Below are positions 1 to 12,062 of a stretch of DNA of 64,000 nt, piece by piece. A model generated the notes under the pieces. The model saw only the letters and a program-made list of their open reading frames with translations, had not been told where the DNA came from and did no database searches. This DNA is from Mobula birostris (Eukaryota): the NCBI RefSeq assembly GCF_030028105.1, contig NC_092373.1, forward strand, positions 178,661,556-178,725,555. The letters run 5' to 3'. Every line of letters begins with the position of its first letter. Within the stretch, counting starts at the first letter, position 1. A program made the translations under genes and the position numbers.

Positions 1-99
1 GCTTTATAAAAGACCTTTCTTGACAACGTCATAATATTCAATTCCATCTGCAATGCAAAGCATCAATGCCTGCTTGCATTAAGACTGAAAGATCTTATT

Positions 100-610
100 G
101 GTATGGGCTCATGAGTGCCAAGTAATATTTGTCTAATGAACTACCCAGTCATTGAATGCAGTCCTGCATAATTACTTCAGATTTGTCATGACCAGAAGCT
201 CAGCTGAACCAGCAGGAAATACCGTGGCTACAAGAGCAGGTCAGATGGCAGTACATGTCAGTGACTCTTCTCTTCTACCAGGCTCTTTAGACAAATGTGA
301 TGAAATACTCTCCACCTCCATTTAACACTCAAGTGCAATACCACCAAAAAGAAAGTGGCCCCCTTTGTTGACACTATTAGTATGTACCATCCACAACCTT
401 TATGGCTAAGAATAATAAGAACAAGGATACAGGAATACCAAGTATAATATTAACATTTCTTAATTTCCACTGTATCTAAAAACTTTAAATCTCCATCAGC
501 ATTGTGGGGATGATCTTCAGATAAACTGCAGTGGGTCAAGATGGCTCATCTCTACCTTAACAGCAATTAGGAATGTACCCTGACCCTACCAGCAATACCT
601 GTGCCCTAAA
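100..610 (+). mobile_element. Old LINE 3' end (CR1/L2-group), heavily decayed
   Basis: The tail ctgcagtgggtcaagatggctcatc...gcaattagg resembles the reverse complement of the segment at ~31860-32200. Confidence 0.35.
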
Positions 611-928
611 TTTTAACATGGGAAATGCCAGGTTGCAATTTAGAACTCACAGAAGGGCTTCACACAAAAACAAAATTTTAAAGAAAGTTTTTGTAAAAGG
701 CTGAAGAGCGGGTTAACAGATTAGAGTAATTTGGTCAACTAGCTAAGATAGTGTTTCAACCCATTTAGTAAGCATATTATCATGACTAGCCCATGCCAGA
801 GTACTGTAGAATGTTTCTTGTTTTTTTAAAAAAAAATCCTTCAATGCTTCAAAAAGCTGCAAAAGACCAGGCATTCAAGTGCTTTACTATATTTAAATAA
901 AAGAACCATTGAAATTTGATCCACTTAC

Positions 929-2012
929 TTCTTTACAGGTTGCTTCTGAACCTCTTTAATTCCCTTAGTAGATCCATTTGCCGCTGGAGTGCTTTCTGGC
1001 TTCTGCAATATATCCACTTTGTCCGCAGATGGCTCAACATGTTCTTCTTTATCTTGCAATAATTGCTTTGCAGCGTTGGCTTCTGGCAACTTAGAGCTGG
1101 GAGAATTACTAACTTTTGAAATTCCACCAAAAGGATTGAAATTTGGGTCATCTAGTTTGTCCCAGTCAACACTGTAGTTAAATTTTGGGACGACAGGATC
1201 AGTTTCACTCAATTTTACAGCCTCCTTACTCTGTTCTTCCAATTTGCAGTGTTCATCAGGATGAATTTCATTCTGTTTTATAACTTCCTTAATCTGCTCT
1301 TCAGATTTGTTATGCACTGATTTCTCTGTAGTTTCTTTGGACCTCTTAGGGCATATCTGCCCTCCAGGTCTTTTTCCCAACTTCTTTGGTGGTGGTTTCT
1401 TCTTCACTTCATCATCAAATGCAAACTCCAACTTTACTGGTTGCAAAGAATCAGTATCAGCTTTCTGGGCATTTTCAGATGCAAGATCTTGAATAAGTAC
1501 TGGGGAAGTCTCTGGTTTTTGCACTCCCGTCGGAAGGGAGTCAGAGCTTGTGCTGTCACAGTTGAGATTCAATGAATTTTCTACAGGAAGTTCTAAACTT
1601 TCCACTGCTGCCTCACTTTTGCAAAGATCAATCTTCTCAAGACAATCTCCCTCAAAGCTGTTCAACTTCTGAGATACAATTACCTCAGAATCCTCCTCTA
1701 TGTAGTTGCTTTGACACTCCATTTGTAAAGGCATGTCTGCTGATGTGTTCATTCGCTGATCTGCATTAATGTTATAAGGAGGGATTAAAGACATTTTTGC
1801 AGTCTCCTCAAGAAGCATTTGACTATTCACTGGAGTAATTTTGAGACTTTGTTCACGAGAGTCAAGCTCGTTGTCACTCGGTTTCTGAGCTGGCGAATTC
1901 ATAACTTTTGAATTACTTTGAAATGGATTTATTGCATCAAGCATGTCAAGATCAAGTGTATATGCTCCATGAGATGGAACTTGTTCCTCGTTGGCAACAG
2001 ATTGGCTAGTCT
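929..2012 (-). CDS. TACC3: TACC3 large internal coding exon (equivalent to the long mammalian exon 4)
   Basis: ORF 925..2037 contains PVKLEFAFDDEVKKKPPPKKLGKRPG and YSVDWDKLDDPNFNPFGG, matching the TACC3 motifs PVKLEF..PPP..LG and Y.LDWDKMDDPNF.PFGG. Donor AA|gtaagt at 928. The acceptor is either cag (exon starts 2012) or tag (exon starts 2005); see findings. Confidence 0.9.
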
Positions 2013-2394
2013 CTGTCAGAGATAAAAAGCACCTCAAATTTAATGAATAACAACCAGAGGCATATTTGAAAAGTACCCCGCTAAATGAAATCAGCCAAAG
2101 ATTTTATTTTTGTTTCAAAAGCCAATTTAAGTTCAGAAACCTTATAAGTCACTTTGCAAACTAGTTTCAATTCAGAGTAAGTGCTAACAATATCTTGACT
2201 TTTAACTCAAAAGTGAACCGGCAGTAATTGTGGACAAAATTATGAAAGCTCAATTTTACATTGCCTTTTTTCCAATAAACAGGATTTTAGAAAACATGAT
2301 AAAGTTTAACTTACTTTACAAACTAACTTTGCATACAATAACGCAAGATCAAGAGTCACAATTCAAATATACCAAATAAAATAACCAAATATAC

Positions 2395-2463
2395 TTGCTT
2401 TCTTTCAATTGCTCTTCTGATTGCAGATTAAATACTTCAGAACTTCCACCAGAATCTTTGTGC
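2395..2463 (-). CDS. TACC3: TACC3 small coding exon (HKDSGGSSEVFNLQSEEQLKES)
   Basis: Strong acceptor ttcttttacaattacag. The only open frame is phase 2, which completes TG|G (Trp) from the upstream exon. The donor is either gt at 2394 or gc at 2398. Confidence 0.65.
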
Positions 2464-2489
2464 CTGTAATTGTAAAAGAAATTTAAGCG

Positions 2490-3570
2490 ATCTCTTACCA
2501 TTAAGGTGGACAAGTCCCCAGGGTCTTACACAATATACTCTGTGATATTGAGGGGTGCCATGACCAAGATAATCTTTTCCCAGCCACAGGAGAGGTTCTT
2601 GTGGACTGGTGAGTAGTTTATGTTCCTTTTTTCAAGGGGGAAGGGGAGGGCTAAAGCACTGGTATAACCCTCAAAATTATAAACTGCCTAGTCTCACTTA
2701 GTGGTAGAGAAGCTATTTTTGAGGACTCTTAGGAACAGGACTAATGAGCATTTGGAAAATGATGGCCTAATTTGGGATAGCCTTTAAGAGGCTAGATAAG
2801 TCATATCAACGATTGAGTTTTGAAGTAACGACCCAAGATGCTCAAAGGGTAGAGCAGTGCAAGGAATTTTGACAAGATGCCTCATGAACTCATTCAGAAA
2901 ATTAAGATGCACAAGATCCACAATCACTTGGCTGTTTGGATTCAGAATTGCATTGCGCATAGGAATCAGTGCAGTGGTTGATAGGTCTTATCCTGGCAAA
3001 AAGCCACGGACTTAGTCGTGTTCCATAGGATAAAAAAAAATCAGTTACAGGTATGGTTAGAGAACTGATAAATGGCAAATGAAAAGGGAAGGAACAGTTA
3101 ATGGCAGAACCTTTAACATGGTCCAAGTCCACAGCTCCCTGAAAGTAGCCACATAATTCAATAGGGTTTTCCAAGGTGTACTGCTTTATTTGTTGAGGCA
3201 CTGAGTTCAAACTTAGAAAGCTATGTTGCAGCATTATAAAGCTCATCAGGCTGCATCAATTCTGGTTACCCCATTTTAGGAAGGATGTGGAGGCCCAGAG
3301 AGAGCTCAGAAGTGTCCCGGAATGCTGCGTAGACTGGAGGATTGCTATAGAGGCAAGTTATAAAATTGTGTGAGGCATTGAGTAGACATCTGACATCTTT
3401 CTTCTCCAATAAAGTATCTAATAGAGGGGCACAGTTTAAAAATGCGCAGGGGAAGTTTTTTTTAAAAATATAAATAGTGAAGAGCACCTGAAAAATACAG
3501 GATGGTGCAGGCAGACATGATAAACATGTTTAAGACACTTATAGATAGGCACATGTAGAGAATGGAGTGA
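2490..3570 (+). mobile_element. Decayed CR1 LINE
   Basis: Remnants of DKSPG, VPLFK, HSSLKVA and QFWxPxxRKDV coding motifs, homologous to the better-preserved CR1 at 34-35.5 kb. Confidence 0.7.
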
Positions 3571-5896
3571 TATGGGCCATCTGCTTGCTGGGATTAGGTG
3601 CCACTAGCTTAGTTTGGCACGTCATGGGCAGCAGGGTCTATTCCTGTGCAATTATGTTCCATAAAGCCATACGACATAGGAGGAGAACCGGACCATTTGG
3701 CCCATCGAGTCTGCTCCACCATTCCATCATGATGGATTTATTATCCGTCTCAACCCCATTCTCCTGCCTTCTCATCACAATCCAAGAACCTATCAACCTC
3801 TACTTTAAATATATTCAACAATTTGGTCTCCAGAGCCATATGTGGCAATGAATTACAGTGGATACAAGATGGGAGTACACTATACTACCTCCTCAAACCT
3901 TGCACAATTGGGTTAGATTATAGTTATAGTCAGAGCACCACAGCACAGAAACAGGTCCTTCCCCACATCTAGCCCATGTTGAATTATTTCCATAAAACTT
4001 TTAACCATCTTTAGAAGAAAACATCTAACAGCAGCTAGCGTCCATCAATTTATTATTGGAAGAAATTGAGTGTTACACTATACATCTGATGCAATTGTAA
4101 CTAAGGTTAATTAAACTCAGATGTAATATTAGAAAGCTCCACCTGTGGAGGGGTGAAAATGAGGTTTACCAAATTAAACTTGGGGGAAAAAAAACTATGG
4201 GAGAACGAGATGCAGCTGACACAGGTATGGACAAGCAAGAGAAATGCAGCAAACTATTAGAAATTAAATATATAAACTGTTAAAAGTGGAATTAGTAGTG
4301 AACATCGCTACTCTATTTACTTGAAAACCTCAGTGAAACCCCTGGCAAGAGAGAATATATCAATAAAAGATTTACTGAAGCTACGGCTGTAACAAGCACC
4401 AGCTATAGCGAGACAATATCAGCAGAGACGAGTGTCCAAAATCTCTGCTGTGTAACTGGGAATTAGTTCTGTTAAATCATACCAAGGATTTGGTGAATTA
4501 AAACACTTTTGCTGTCCCAAGTATAAAATGTGTGTGTGAAATATGTTCAGTAGTGTTGTAACTGAGAAATGTTTGGAAATGACATGATTTTGAGATAGAA
4601 ATCAGAATGAGTACAAGAACTTACTGACTGTAATCCTGTTGAATACAGGTCAGGTTTTTTTGTTGTACAAGTTTTGAGAAGTGACTTTCCATGGATGACC
4701 AGCTATTTCATCCAATGAACCAAGAAACAAGATGACGAGCCAACCATGATCAACAAACCAGCACGGAACAAAATGTTTCATGACGTGTTGGATTTAACAT
4801 AGTTGGATGTACAAGTTTATTATTCATTTAGAGGATCTGAATTTGATTTTCTGCAAGAACTGATTTTTGCAAAGACTTTGATAAGTTACTAAATGGGATT
4901 TACTTTAAAAGTTGTGATGTTGGAGAATTGTCATGAAAGGAATTAAGTTGAATATTTTTTTAAATTTAAATCTGTAGACATAGTGACTTAAACTGAAACT
5001 GAAGTTAACCATAATACCCAAGAATAGAAATTCAATTAGTTCTAACCAACTGGGGATAAATAGAAAGGCAAAAGGTTAGTCTATAAACCTTTAAATAGGG
5101 AATAACACTAGACCTAATTAATTAGAGTAATAAATGTTATTCTAATGAACATCACTGATTCCAATTGAAAAGGAATTTGATATCTGAGAATCTAAATTTG
5201 GAATTTGATATTTGGAATCTAAACAGAATGTTGGAACTTTGAATTGTTCTTACTCATGTAAATATTTTGCATATATTACTACTTTTTATAAATAAATTTA
5301 CCTCCAGAAGTGTGCATTTTTTTTTATTCACTGCCTCCTTCCAATACCCAAACTGATGGTCCACTAGGACCTAGCGTTATGCTATGTAATTTGATCTTCA
5401 AGAGTGCGGCAAACAGTCACGCAAGAAGAGACAAACGCTACACAGGTGTTACATAATACAGAAGTCATCTTTGTGTATAATGGAGTTGAATGCTTATTTG
5501 GATCCTGTTATCTTTGCAGGCAAGGCAGTATCTCAAAGTATACCTAACAGGGAAAATAGGCAACCCAGAAGCAAAGAGATTAGCACAATCTCATTACAGC
5601 ACCGACCACGACTGATCAGGATTATTCCTGCTGCTGTCTAAGGATTTTGTATGTTCTCCATGTGACTGTGTGGGCTTCCTCCGGGTGCTTCAGTTACATC
5701 TCATCAGAACTGAGAAAGCATTTAACTGAGTAACCTTAAAGGGAATATTCATAACTGAATACGATATCACAGGACTGTTAAAGTCTCAGACAATTACATA
5801 AAACTAGCTTAGAACCAAGTACACACATTTTGGCTCACTGCGACAGAGCATTTATTCTTGTAACACAAAATGCTGGAGGAACTCATTTATTCTTAC

Positions 5897-6042
5897 CATT
5901 TATCCTCATTAAGATTTTCTGGACCCTGTATGTTCAATGCAATTTCCTCATTGTTTCCAATTTTCTGAAATGCAACATTGGTGATATGTGGACTCAATAT
6001 TTTCCGTGTAACAGGGTCTCTTGCAGGGGTTTGGAAGGACAC
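5897..6042 (-). CDS. TACC3: TACC3 second coding exon (VSFQTPARDPVTRKILSP...)
   Basis: Translation matches the conserved TACC3 N-terminal VTFQTPLRDPQTHRILSP. Acceptor ttttcacaatgtag, donor TG|gtaaga, 146 nt, phase 0 to 2. Confidence 0.92.
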
Positions 6043-6590
6043 CTACATTGTGAAAAGTTAGTTTAGAACAGAGGAATATATCAATAGCATCTCTGTAAAT
6101 ATTCAGTGCCCAAAGTAGCTAACTCTTGTATGTGGTGATACTTTGCAATTAAATTTGAATAGAAAACTCAAATGTTTTAAGAGACAAACAAAAGTCAAAT
6201 TTAGCCTAACCTCTGCAGCATACTTAATGTACTGAATAGCACCAAGTAGGGAACAAAGTAGTGGACTGGAAATCAAATCAGAAATTAGACTCAACGTGCA
6301 TAGCTCACCAGAAAACTTGCTTCCACCAATAACCATTGCCTACTGCACCATTAAGTTTTGCTACACAGATATTTTTAGTACAGAGTGATATCTTGTATGA
6401 TTAAAAGCTTCAGTTGTTAAATATTCTGAAAATACCCATCCTTTGATTTATTTGAAATGAAGAAATTTTATATACAAGTTTTAAGTTTCAGATCTTTAGA
6501 GAACCAAATAATGAACATTAAAGTTCAACAAGTTGATTAAAAACAGAAAATAGACAAACTATTAATGCTATAATGCAAAAAAAAAAGCAC

Positions 6591-6755
6591 CTTGGAAAGT
6601 TTTGTTGAACTTTTGGGAGGGAAATTTTCCTTCTCTGTTACTCGAAGAGTTGGTTTCCCCGTGCTTGCAATCGGTGTTGACGGGTTACACTGTTCATCCA
6701 TTATAGTGGAGCCTTGAAGGTCCAAATAACTGTTTTCATCCAAATGCAAACTCAT
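6591..6755 (-). CDS. TACC3: TACC3 first coding exon (MSLHLDEN...LRVTEKENFPPKSSTKLSK)
   Basis: Similar to the TACC3 N-terminus MSLQVLND...LRVSQKENVPPK..KAMK. Acceptor ctttctcag lies 10 nt before the ATG; donor AAG|gtgctt; 55 codons, in phase with the next exon. Confidence 0.88.
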
Positions 6756-7089
6756 ACCAGATTGGCTGAGAAAGATGCAAGGCAAGATAAACCACTTATA
6801 ATTGTCTATAAATAATTCATAGAAACAACATTAAACACTAATACAAAGTCACTAGTTTTCTGAATACATTACTTCCAGATTTTTCAGTGTTCTTTTAACA
6901 AACTGTATATTCACACATGGAACCATCAAGACTCCATCCAAAATTTGTACTTGAGATACAAAACTGTCAGCTAAATAATGAACATCAATACTCTTCCATT
7001 AGTTTATATCTATTCAGCATCCTCTGTCGCAACATCTTTCCTACAGTGCAGTGATTGAAATACATACTATTAAGTTGTAAAACCATTTC

Positions 7090-7800
7090 TTCAGGGTCAA
7101 CATGAAAGATGAACATTTCTCTCTGGACAGGTGCTTCTGGACTTTAACCTCTAATTCCTAAAACCAGAGATTATTGTTGTAATCTTTTCTGGTATCCTTC
7201 TATCTCACATCCTTCCTATAAATGAAGTGACCAGAACTGAACACAAGACTGGAAGAGCAGGACCAGAGATTTATAAAGGCTCAGCAAGTTATACAAGCTT
7301 CTATCGATAAAATCCCAATTTAATATGCTTTATTAATTGTGCCCCGTCACCTGTGAACCCATACCCCCAGGGCCCTGTATTCCTTTACCAACACTATCTT
7401 TTACCCTAATGTTATCTCTTCATAACTTCCTACCAAAATGCATGAGCTCACATTTCTCTGCCTTAAACTTCACCTGCCATGCTTCTATCCATCTACCAGC
7501 CTTTTTACATAGACTATACTTCCATTTTACAGTGCTATCAAGCTTCACATCACATGCAAATTTAGAAATTGTGACTTTCACCCAAAATTAGTATATTAAT
7601 ATGGATTAGAAACACTGACTCCTGGGAATATCACTATACACCACTCCCCAACCCCAGTTTCAATAATGACCACTCACCACAATCTTGCTGTCAACTATTA
7701 GCCAATTCCACATCTATAATATCAATACCTTTTATGCACTGGTTCTATTAAGCCTGTAGCCAAATAGGGATTTTTGCGCCTTTTGACAGCTCTAATGACA
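7090..7800 (-). mobile_element. Decayed CR1 LINE
   Basis: gtgaccagaactgaacaca and catctgcc-like blocks are shared with the other CR1 copies. Confidence 0.55.
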
Positions 7801-8589
7801 AGCCACGTGACTTTTGTTTGTCTCAGCTAGCCCTATTTGCCTGCATTTGACCCAATCCCTTCAAATCTTCCTATTCACAAATACATAATTGAAATAGTTC
7901 TAGAAGAGGCATACAGGCCAAACACTGGAAAATGAAAATAACTCAGGTAGACAACTTGGTTGGCAATGACAAGATGGGCCTTTAAAAATCCCGTTTACAT
8001 GCTACATAAACATAGATTTTCTCGATAGATCACAGCATCTTATGCCCACATACACCCTTAGATCTCAAATCCAGCATTTCCCTAAACATATTTAATGTAG
8101 CCAGTACAGTAAACTCAAGTAACATCCCAGCAATTGGATTCAGCACATATGTCCTCTTTCTGGGAGAGTCAGTTAATAGAGAGGGGCAGAACACTAGGGT
8201 GATGGAGACGGAATCCTTCACCACCCAGATGACCATCAAGTACAGCAGTCCCAGGGTTGCAGAAGATAACTCAAAACTTTGTTTTTTTTTTAACATTTTT
8301 GGTGTCATTTGCACAGCACATTCAGTTGGGGTAAGTTTTTTTTTTGTTTAAAGACCTTAGTAACATTCCACTCATGTGACGTTATACGCCCCATTTTCGA
8401 GAAGAATCCCACTAGTATTCATTAACAGTGCAACAACTAGACTCTGGTCCTTCCCCGCAAAGACTTCGCGTTGGCTGCACCAAGCTTCGCTGCATCCCTT
8501 CGTATGACTAGAAAATGGTAGTCGCACCACACTCGCTGAGTTGGAATGTCAGCACTATCTGCGTTCCCCACCACACCCAACCCGTCTCC

Positions 8590-9140
8590 AGCCGCCGGTC
8601 CTCTCCCGATCCATCTGCGGACCCCTCCACCTCACTCTCCTATCCCAATCCCACCACCCTCCAACCCTACCACCTACCTCCCACCACCGTCAGCCCCACT
8701 CCACCCTTCTCCCGCGGCCAGGCCAGGCCGCTCCCGCTGCGCCCCAGCCCCAGCCCCTGCCTCACCTTTCACCGCCGCCCGCTCCTACCCCGCTTCGGAC
8801 GCTCCGGCTCCCGTCTCGCTCGCCAAATTTTAAAACCTGACCGTTTGGCGCCACGTCCAATACAAAGCAGCCGCTTTCCAAGGTCATAGTTCAGCTGGTT
8901 TACAAACGGACCAATCGGCAGCCGGAGAAAGGCGTCGGTCTTCTCGCGAGAAGACAGTGCCATGGTGCCGCTCTTGCTGCTGAAGCTGTGTGACTGGGAG
9001 TATCTCGTCGCAGGTGGGGCCTGTTATCCCCGCTTGTTAGACACCGCGCTTTACACAGAGATTAGCAACACCCAATATCGTTTGCGGAATGCACATTATG
9101 AAGGTTGCTACTTGCGTTTTATATCAAATTGGCTATTTGT
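8590..9140 (-). promoter_or_regulatory. CpG-island cell-cycle-type promoter of TACC3 (E2F/CDE-like, CHR-like, CCAAT boxes)
   Basis: CpG-rich segment in otherwise CpG-poor DNA. TTTGGCGCCA at 8844-8853; inverted TTTGGCG at 8821-8827; TTTAAA (CHR variant) at ~8829-8834; CCAAT at 8857, 8911 and 9072; ATTGG at 9128. Confidence 0.7.
8766..8830 (-). other. TACC3: Probable non-coding first exon of TACC3 (5' end approximate)
   Basis: Lies within the CpG island and ends in a strong donor AAG|gtgagg at 8765. The first coding exon begins with a splice acceptor, so an upstream exon is required. Confidence 0.6.
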
Positions 9141-9149
9141 GTCCCGAGG

Positions 9150-11250
9150 GTCGGGTGACTGGGGTTGAAACACTGAGCCTGCTGCTGGGAGTTCCTCTCA
9201 GGCAAGAAGGGGATAGAGATGGAAAGAAAACGGTGGAGAAGACGGAGATATTGGGTGAGAGGAGTTGTATGGAGGAAGGCAAATGGCAGGTTTCTGGGGA
9301 AGCGACCGATTGAGGATTGTAGTGGATTATCATCCAGTGATGAAGGCAGTAAACTGGATTTAAATCAAATGAGGAAGGAAGAGTTTAAGGTTTTGTTGAG
9401 TTTGTTTCTGATAACAATCCAATTAAACTAATGACTTGAAAAAATAGATATTGTGAGTGCAAAATTTTAAAGAGATGGAGCAAACACTCAGTATTTTGTA
9501 AAGATAGTAGGCAATGTGAGAAAACCTTGGGTATTAAAAGCTGTAGGAGGAAGGAAAGTAACATCAAGGAATAATATTTAATGATAGTGGTTTGGGGAGT
9601 AATCATTGGAGTGCCTCTAAATGTATTCATGGACCAAGTTAAAAATAATTTAGTTTGGGGCAAAGTTGTAGATGCTAAATGTTTAAAAGAAATTTGTGGT
9701 GAATAAGAGCAGATGGCTAATCATTGCTGATTAAATTTGATGAAAAAAATATTGCTGGATAGGGTTAATTTAGGTTATCTGATTACATGGCTTGAGTCAA
9801 TTTCCTGCCCCCTCAGATGTTTTCAGTACCAGAAGTTTGGCCATGTAGCAGTTGTGTGTAAGAGTAAAAAGCAGTGTGGTAGATGTGAATAACATGAATA
9901 TAGCAATTGTAGAGATGTTGTTAGGCTAAAATGTAGTAGCTCAGCATTTAATACCTTCATTTCCACAATCCTGGTTGAGAAGTTGTAGAACTTGGGCCTC
10001 TGTACCTCCCCCTGCAATTGGATCCTTGACTTCCTAACCGGAAGACCACAATCTGTGCAGATTGGTGATAACATAGCTGATGATCAGTGCACACCTCAGG
10101 GTTGTGTGCTTAGCCCACTGCTCTACTCTCTATATACACATGACTGTGTGGCTAGACATAGCTCAAATTCTATCAATAAATTTGCTGACGATACAACCAT
10201 TGTTGGTAAAATCTCAGGTGGTGACGAGAGGGCGTACAGGAGTAAGATATGCCAACGAGTGGGGTGATGTCACAGCAACAACCTGGCACTCAACATCAGT
10301 AAGACAAAAGAGCTGGTTGTGGGCTTCAGGAAGGGTAAGACAAAGGAACACATACCAATTTTCATAGAGGGATCAAAGTGGAGAGAGTGAGCAGCTTCAA
10401 GTTCCTGGATGTCAAGATCTCTGAGGATCTAACCTGGTCCCAACATATCGATGTGGTTATAAAGAAGGCAAGACAGTGGCTATACTTAGGAGTTTGAAGA
10501 GATTTGGCATGTCAACAAATACACTCAAAAACTTCTATATTTGTGCCATGGAGAGCATTCTGGCAGGCTGCACCACTATCTGGTATGGAGGGGCTAGTGC
10601 ACAGGTCCGAAAGAAACTGCAGAAGGATGTAAATCTAGTCAGCTCCATCTTGGGTACTAGTCTACAAAGTATCCAGAAAATCTTTAGAGAGCGATGTTTC
10701 AGAAAGGCAGAGTCAATTATTAAGGACCTCCAGCACCCAGGGCATGCTGTTTTCTCACTGTTACCATCAGGTAGGCGGTACAGAAGCCTGAAGGCAGGGG
10801 TCCCCAACCTTTTTCGCACCGCGGACTGGCCGACCGTGGGGGGGGGTTTATTTCTTGATCATATGGTTTTGGAGGATACCGAGTTGAGTAATAATCTCTT
10901 GTGCTCTGTACTCAACTAAATAACTAAGGAATCAATTCCCAGATCATTGGGAGACAATAAAAGGAGAGTTGTTCCCTGGTGGGCAGATGAATGTAAAAGA
11001 GATGTGGAGTGGAGTAAAGCTTTTAGAAAGTCAGGCAGTGTTACTTCTGTTCATCTTTCATGCAATATAAATGAGCACGCTCAGGTGTTTGGTTGGTGTG
11101 CAAGAAGGAGGTCACTTCAATGTATATTGCTTTAATTAGATCTGTCTTTGGTTACGGTGGTGTTGCTTATGCGTCAGCTTCACCAGTGGTCTTAAAGCCC
11201 CAAGATAAAGTTCAAGCTCAAGCATTGAGATTGTGTCCTGATTATGTACT
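9150..11250 (+). mobile_element. Decayed Nimb/I-clade-like LINE (ORF1 zinc knuckles and ORF2 remnants), interrupted by a Rex element
   Basis: PLRCFQYQKFGHVAVVCKSKKQCGRC (CCHC-knuckle-like) at ~9808-9930, KRRVVPWWADECK at ~10960, and IRSVFGYGGVAYASAS...KVQAQALRLC at ~11135-11237. Confidence 0.55.
9934..10794 (+). mobile_element. Rex1/Babar-type LINE reverse transcriptase fragment
   Basis: [46 protein letters not shown] and HPGHAVFSLLPSGRRYRS motifs, with stops and frameshifts. Confidence 0.85.
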
Positions 11251-11747
11251 TTAGTGCTCTGATTTGTTCTCAGATTTGACACCTTTTAAAACAAGTATTT
11301 CAAGCTGTAGGACAGGCGTTCTTCTTGAGGTTGGACAACTACTGTTGAGACTGCAGTATCTAAGCTTGTGTATACATTTCATGTAATGTACATGATTGTA
11401 CATAATGATTGGAGGAGCCTGTTGTTTATTGAGAATGACTGGTCTGCTTGTTTTAATAGAGATGTTGCATGAAAAGTCAATAATCTAGTGATCATTTTAC
11501 TATGAAAGACAACTTTTTTTTTTCTTTAGTTTCATCAGAAGTTGGTATGCTTCCAAATTAAAATGGTTTAGTTTCAGGCATTTTTAGCTTTTTGTATTTG
11601 TGCTCTTAAAATGATTAGAGCAAAATTAATGGAAAATCATAGACCATTGGTTAACGAATCTTTTAAGAGGCCTCATTTCAAAACCAAGACATGCAAAATG
11701 ATGTCTTATGTATCAGAATCTGGAAAGATTTAATCAGCAGGTGGGAG

Positions 11748-12062
11748 TGACACAGTGGCATAGTGGTTAGTGTAATGCTTTACAGCACCAGTGATTGGAA
11801 GATTGACGTTCAATTCCCACCAGTGTCTTTAAGGAGTTCTCCCCACAACCACATGGTTTTCCTCTGGGTGATCCGGTTTCCTCCCACATTCCAAAAAAAA
11901 CACACAGGTTATGTACAAGTAAATTGTGGGCATGCTATGTTGGCGCTGGAAGCATGGTGACACTTGTAGAGTTCTCCCAGTACCTCAGACTCTGGAAGAT
12001 AAACAAACAATGCATTTCACTGTATGTTTCAATGGTTATATGGCAAATAAAGTTAATTTCTT
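11748..12062 (+). mobile_element. tRNA-derived V-SINE (HE1-like)
   Basis: A-box-like cagtggcatagtggttag, B-box-like gttcaattcc, and V-domain-like gttctcccc...ggttttcctctgggtgatccggtttcctcccac. Related copies at ~5580, 28570, 29030, 36350(-), 37250 and 58200(-). Confidence 0.7.

Noticed and set aside
8515-8963. Overlapping Pro-rich ORFs in several frames
   Set aside because: Explained by the GC/C-rich CpG island and first intron of TACC3; no recognisable protein.
11748-11830. tRNA gene
   Set aside because: The A/B-box-like motifs belong to a SINE head; there is no cloverleaf or intact acceptor stem.
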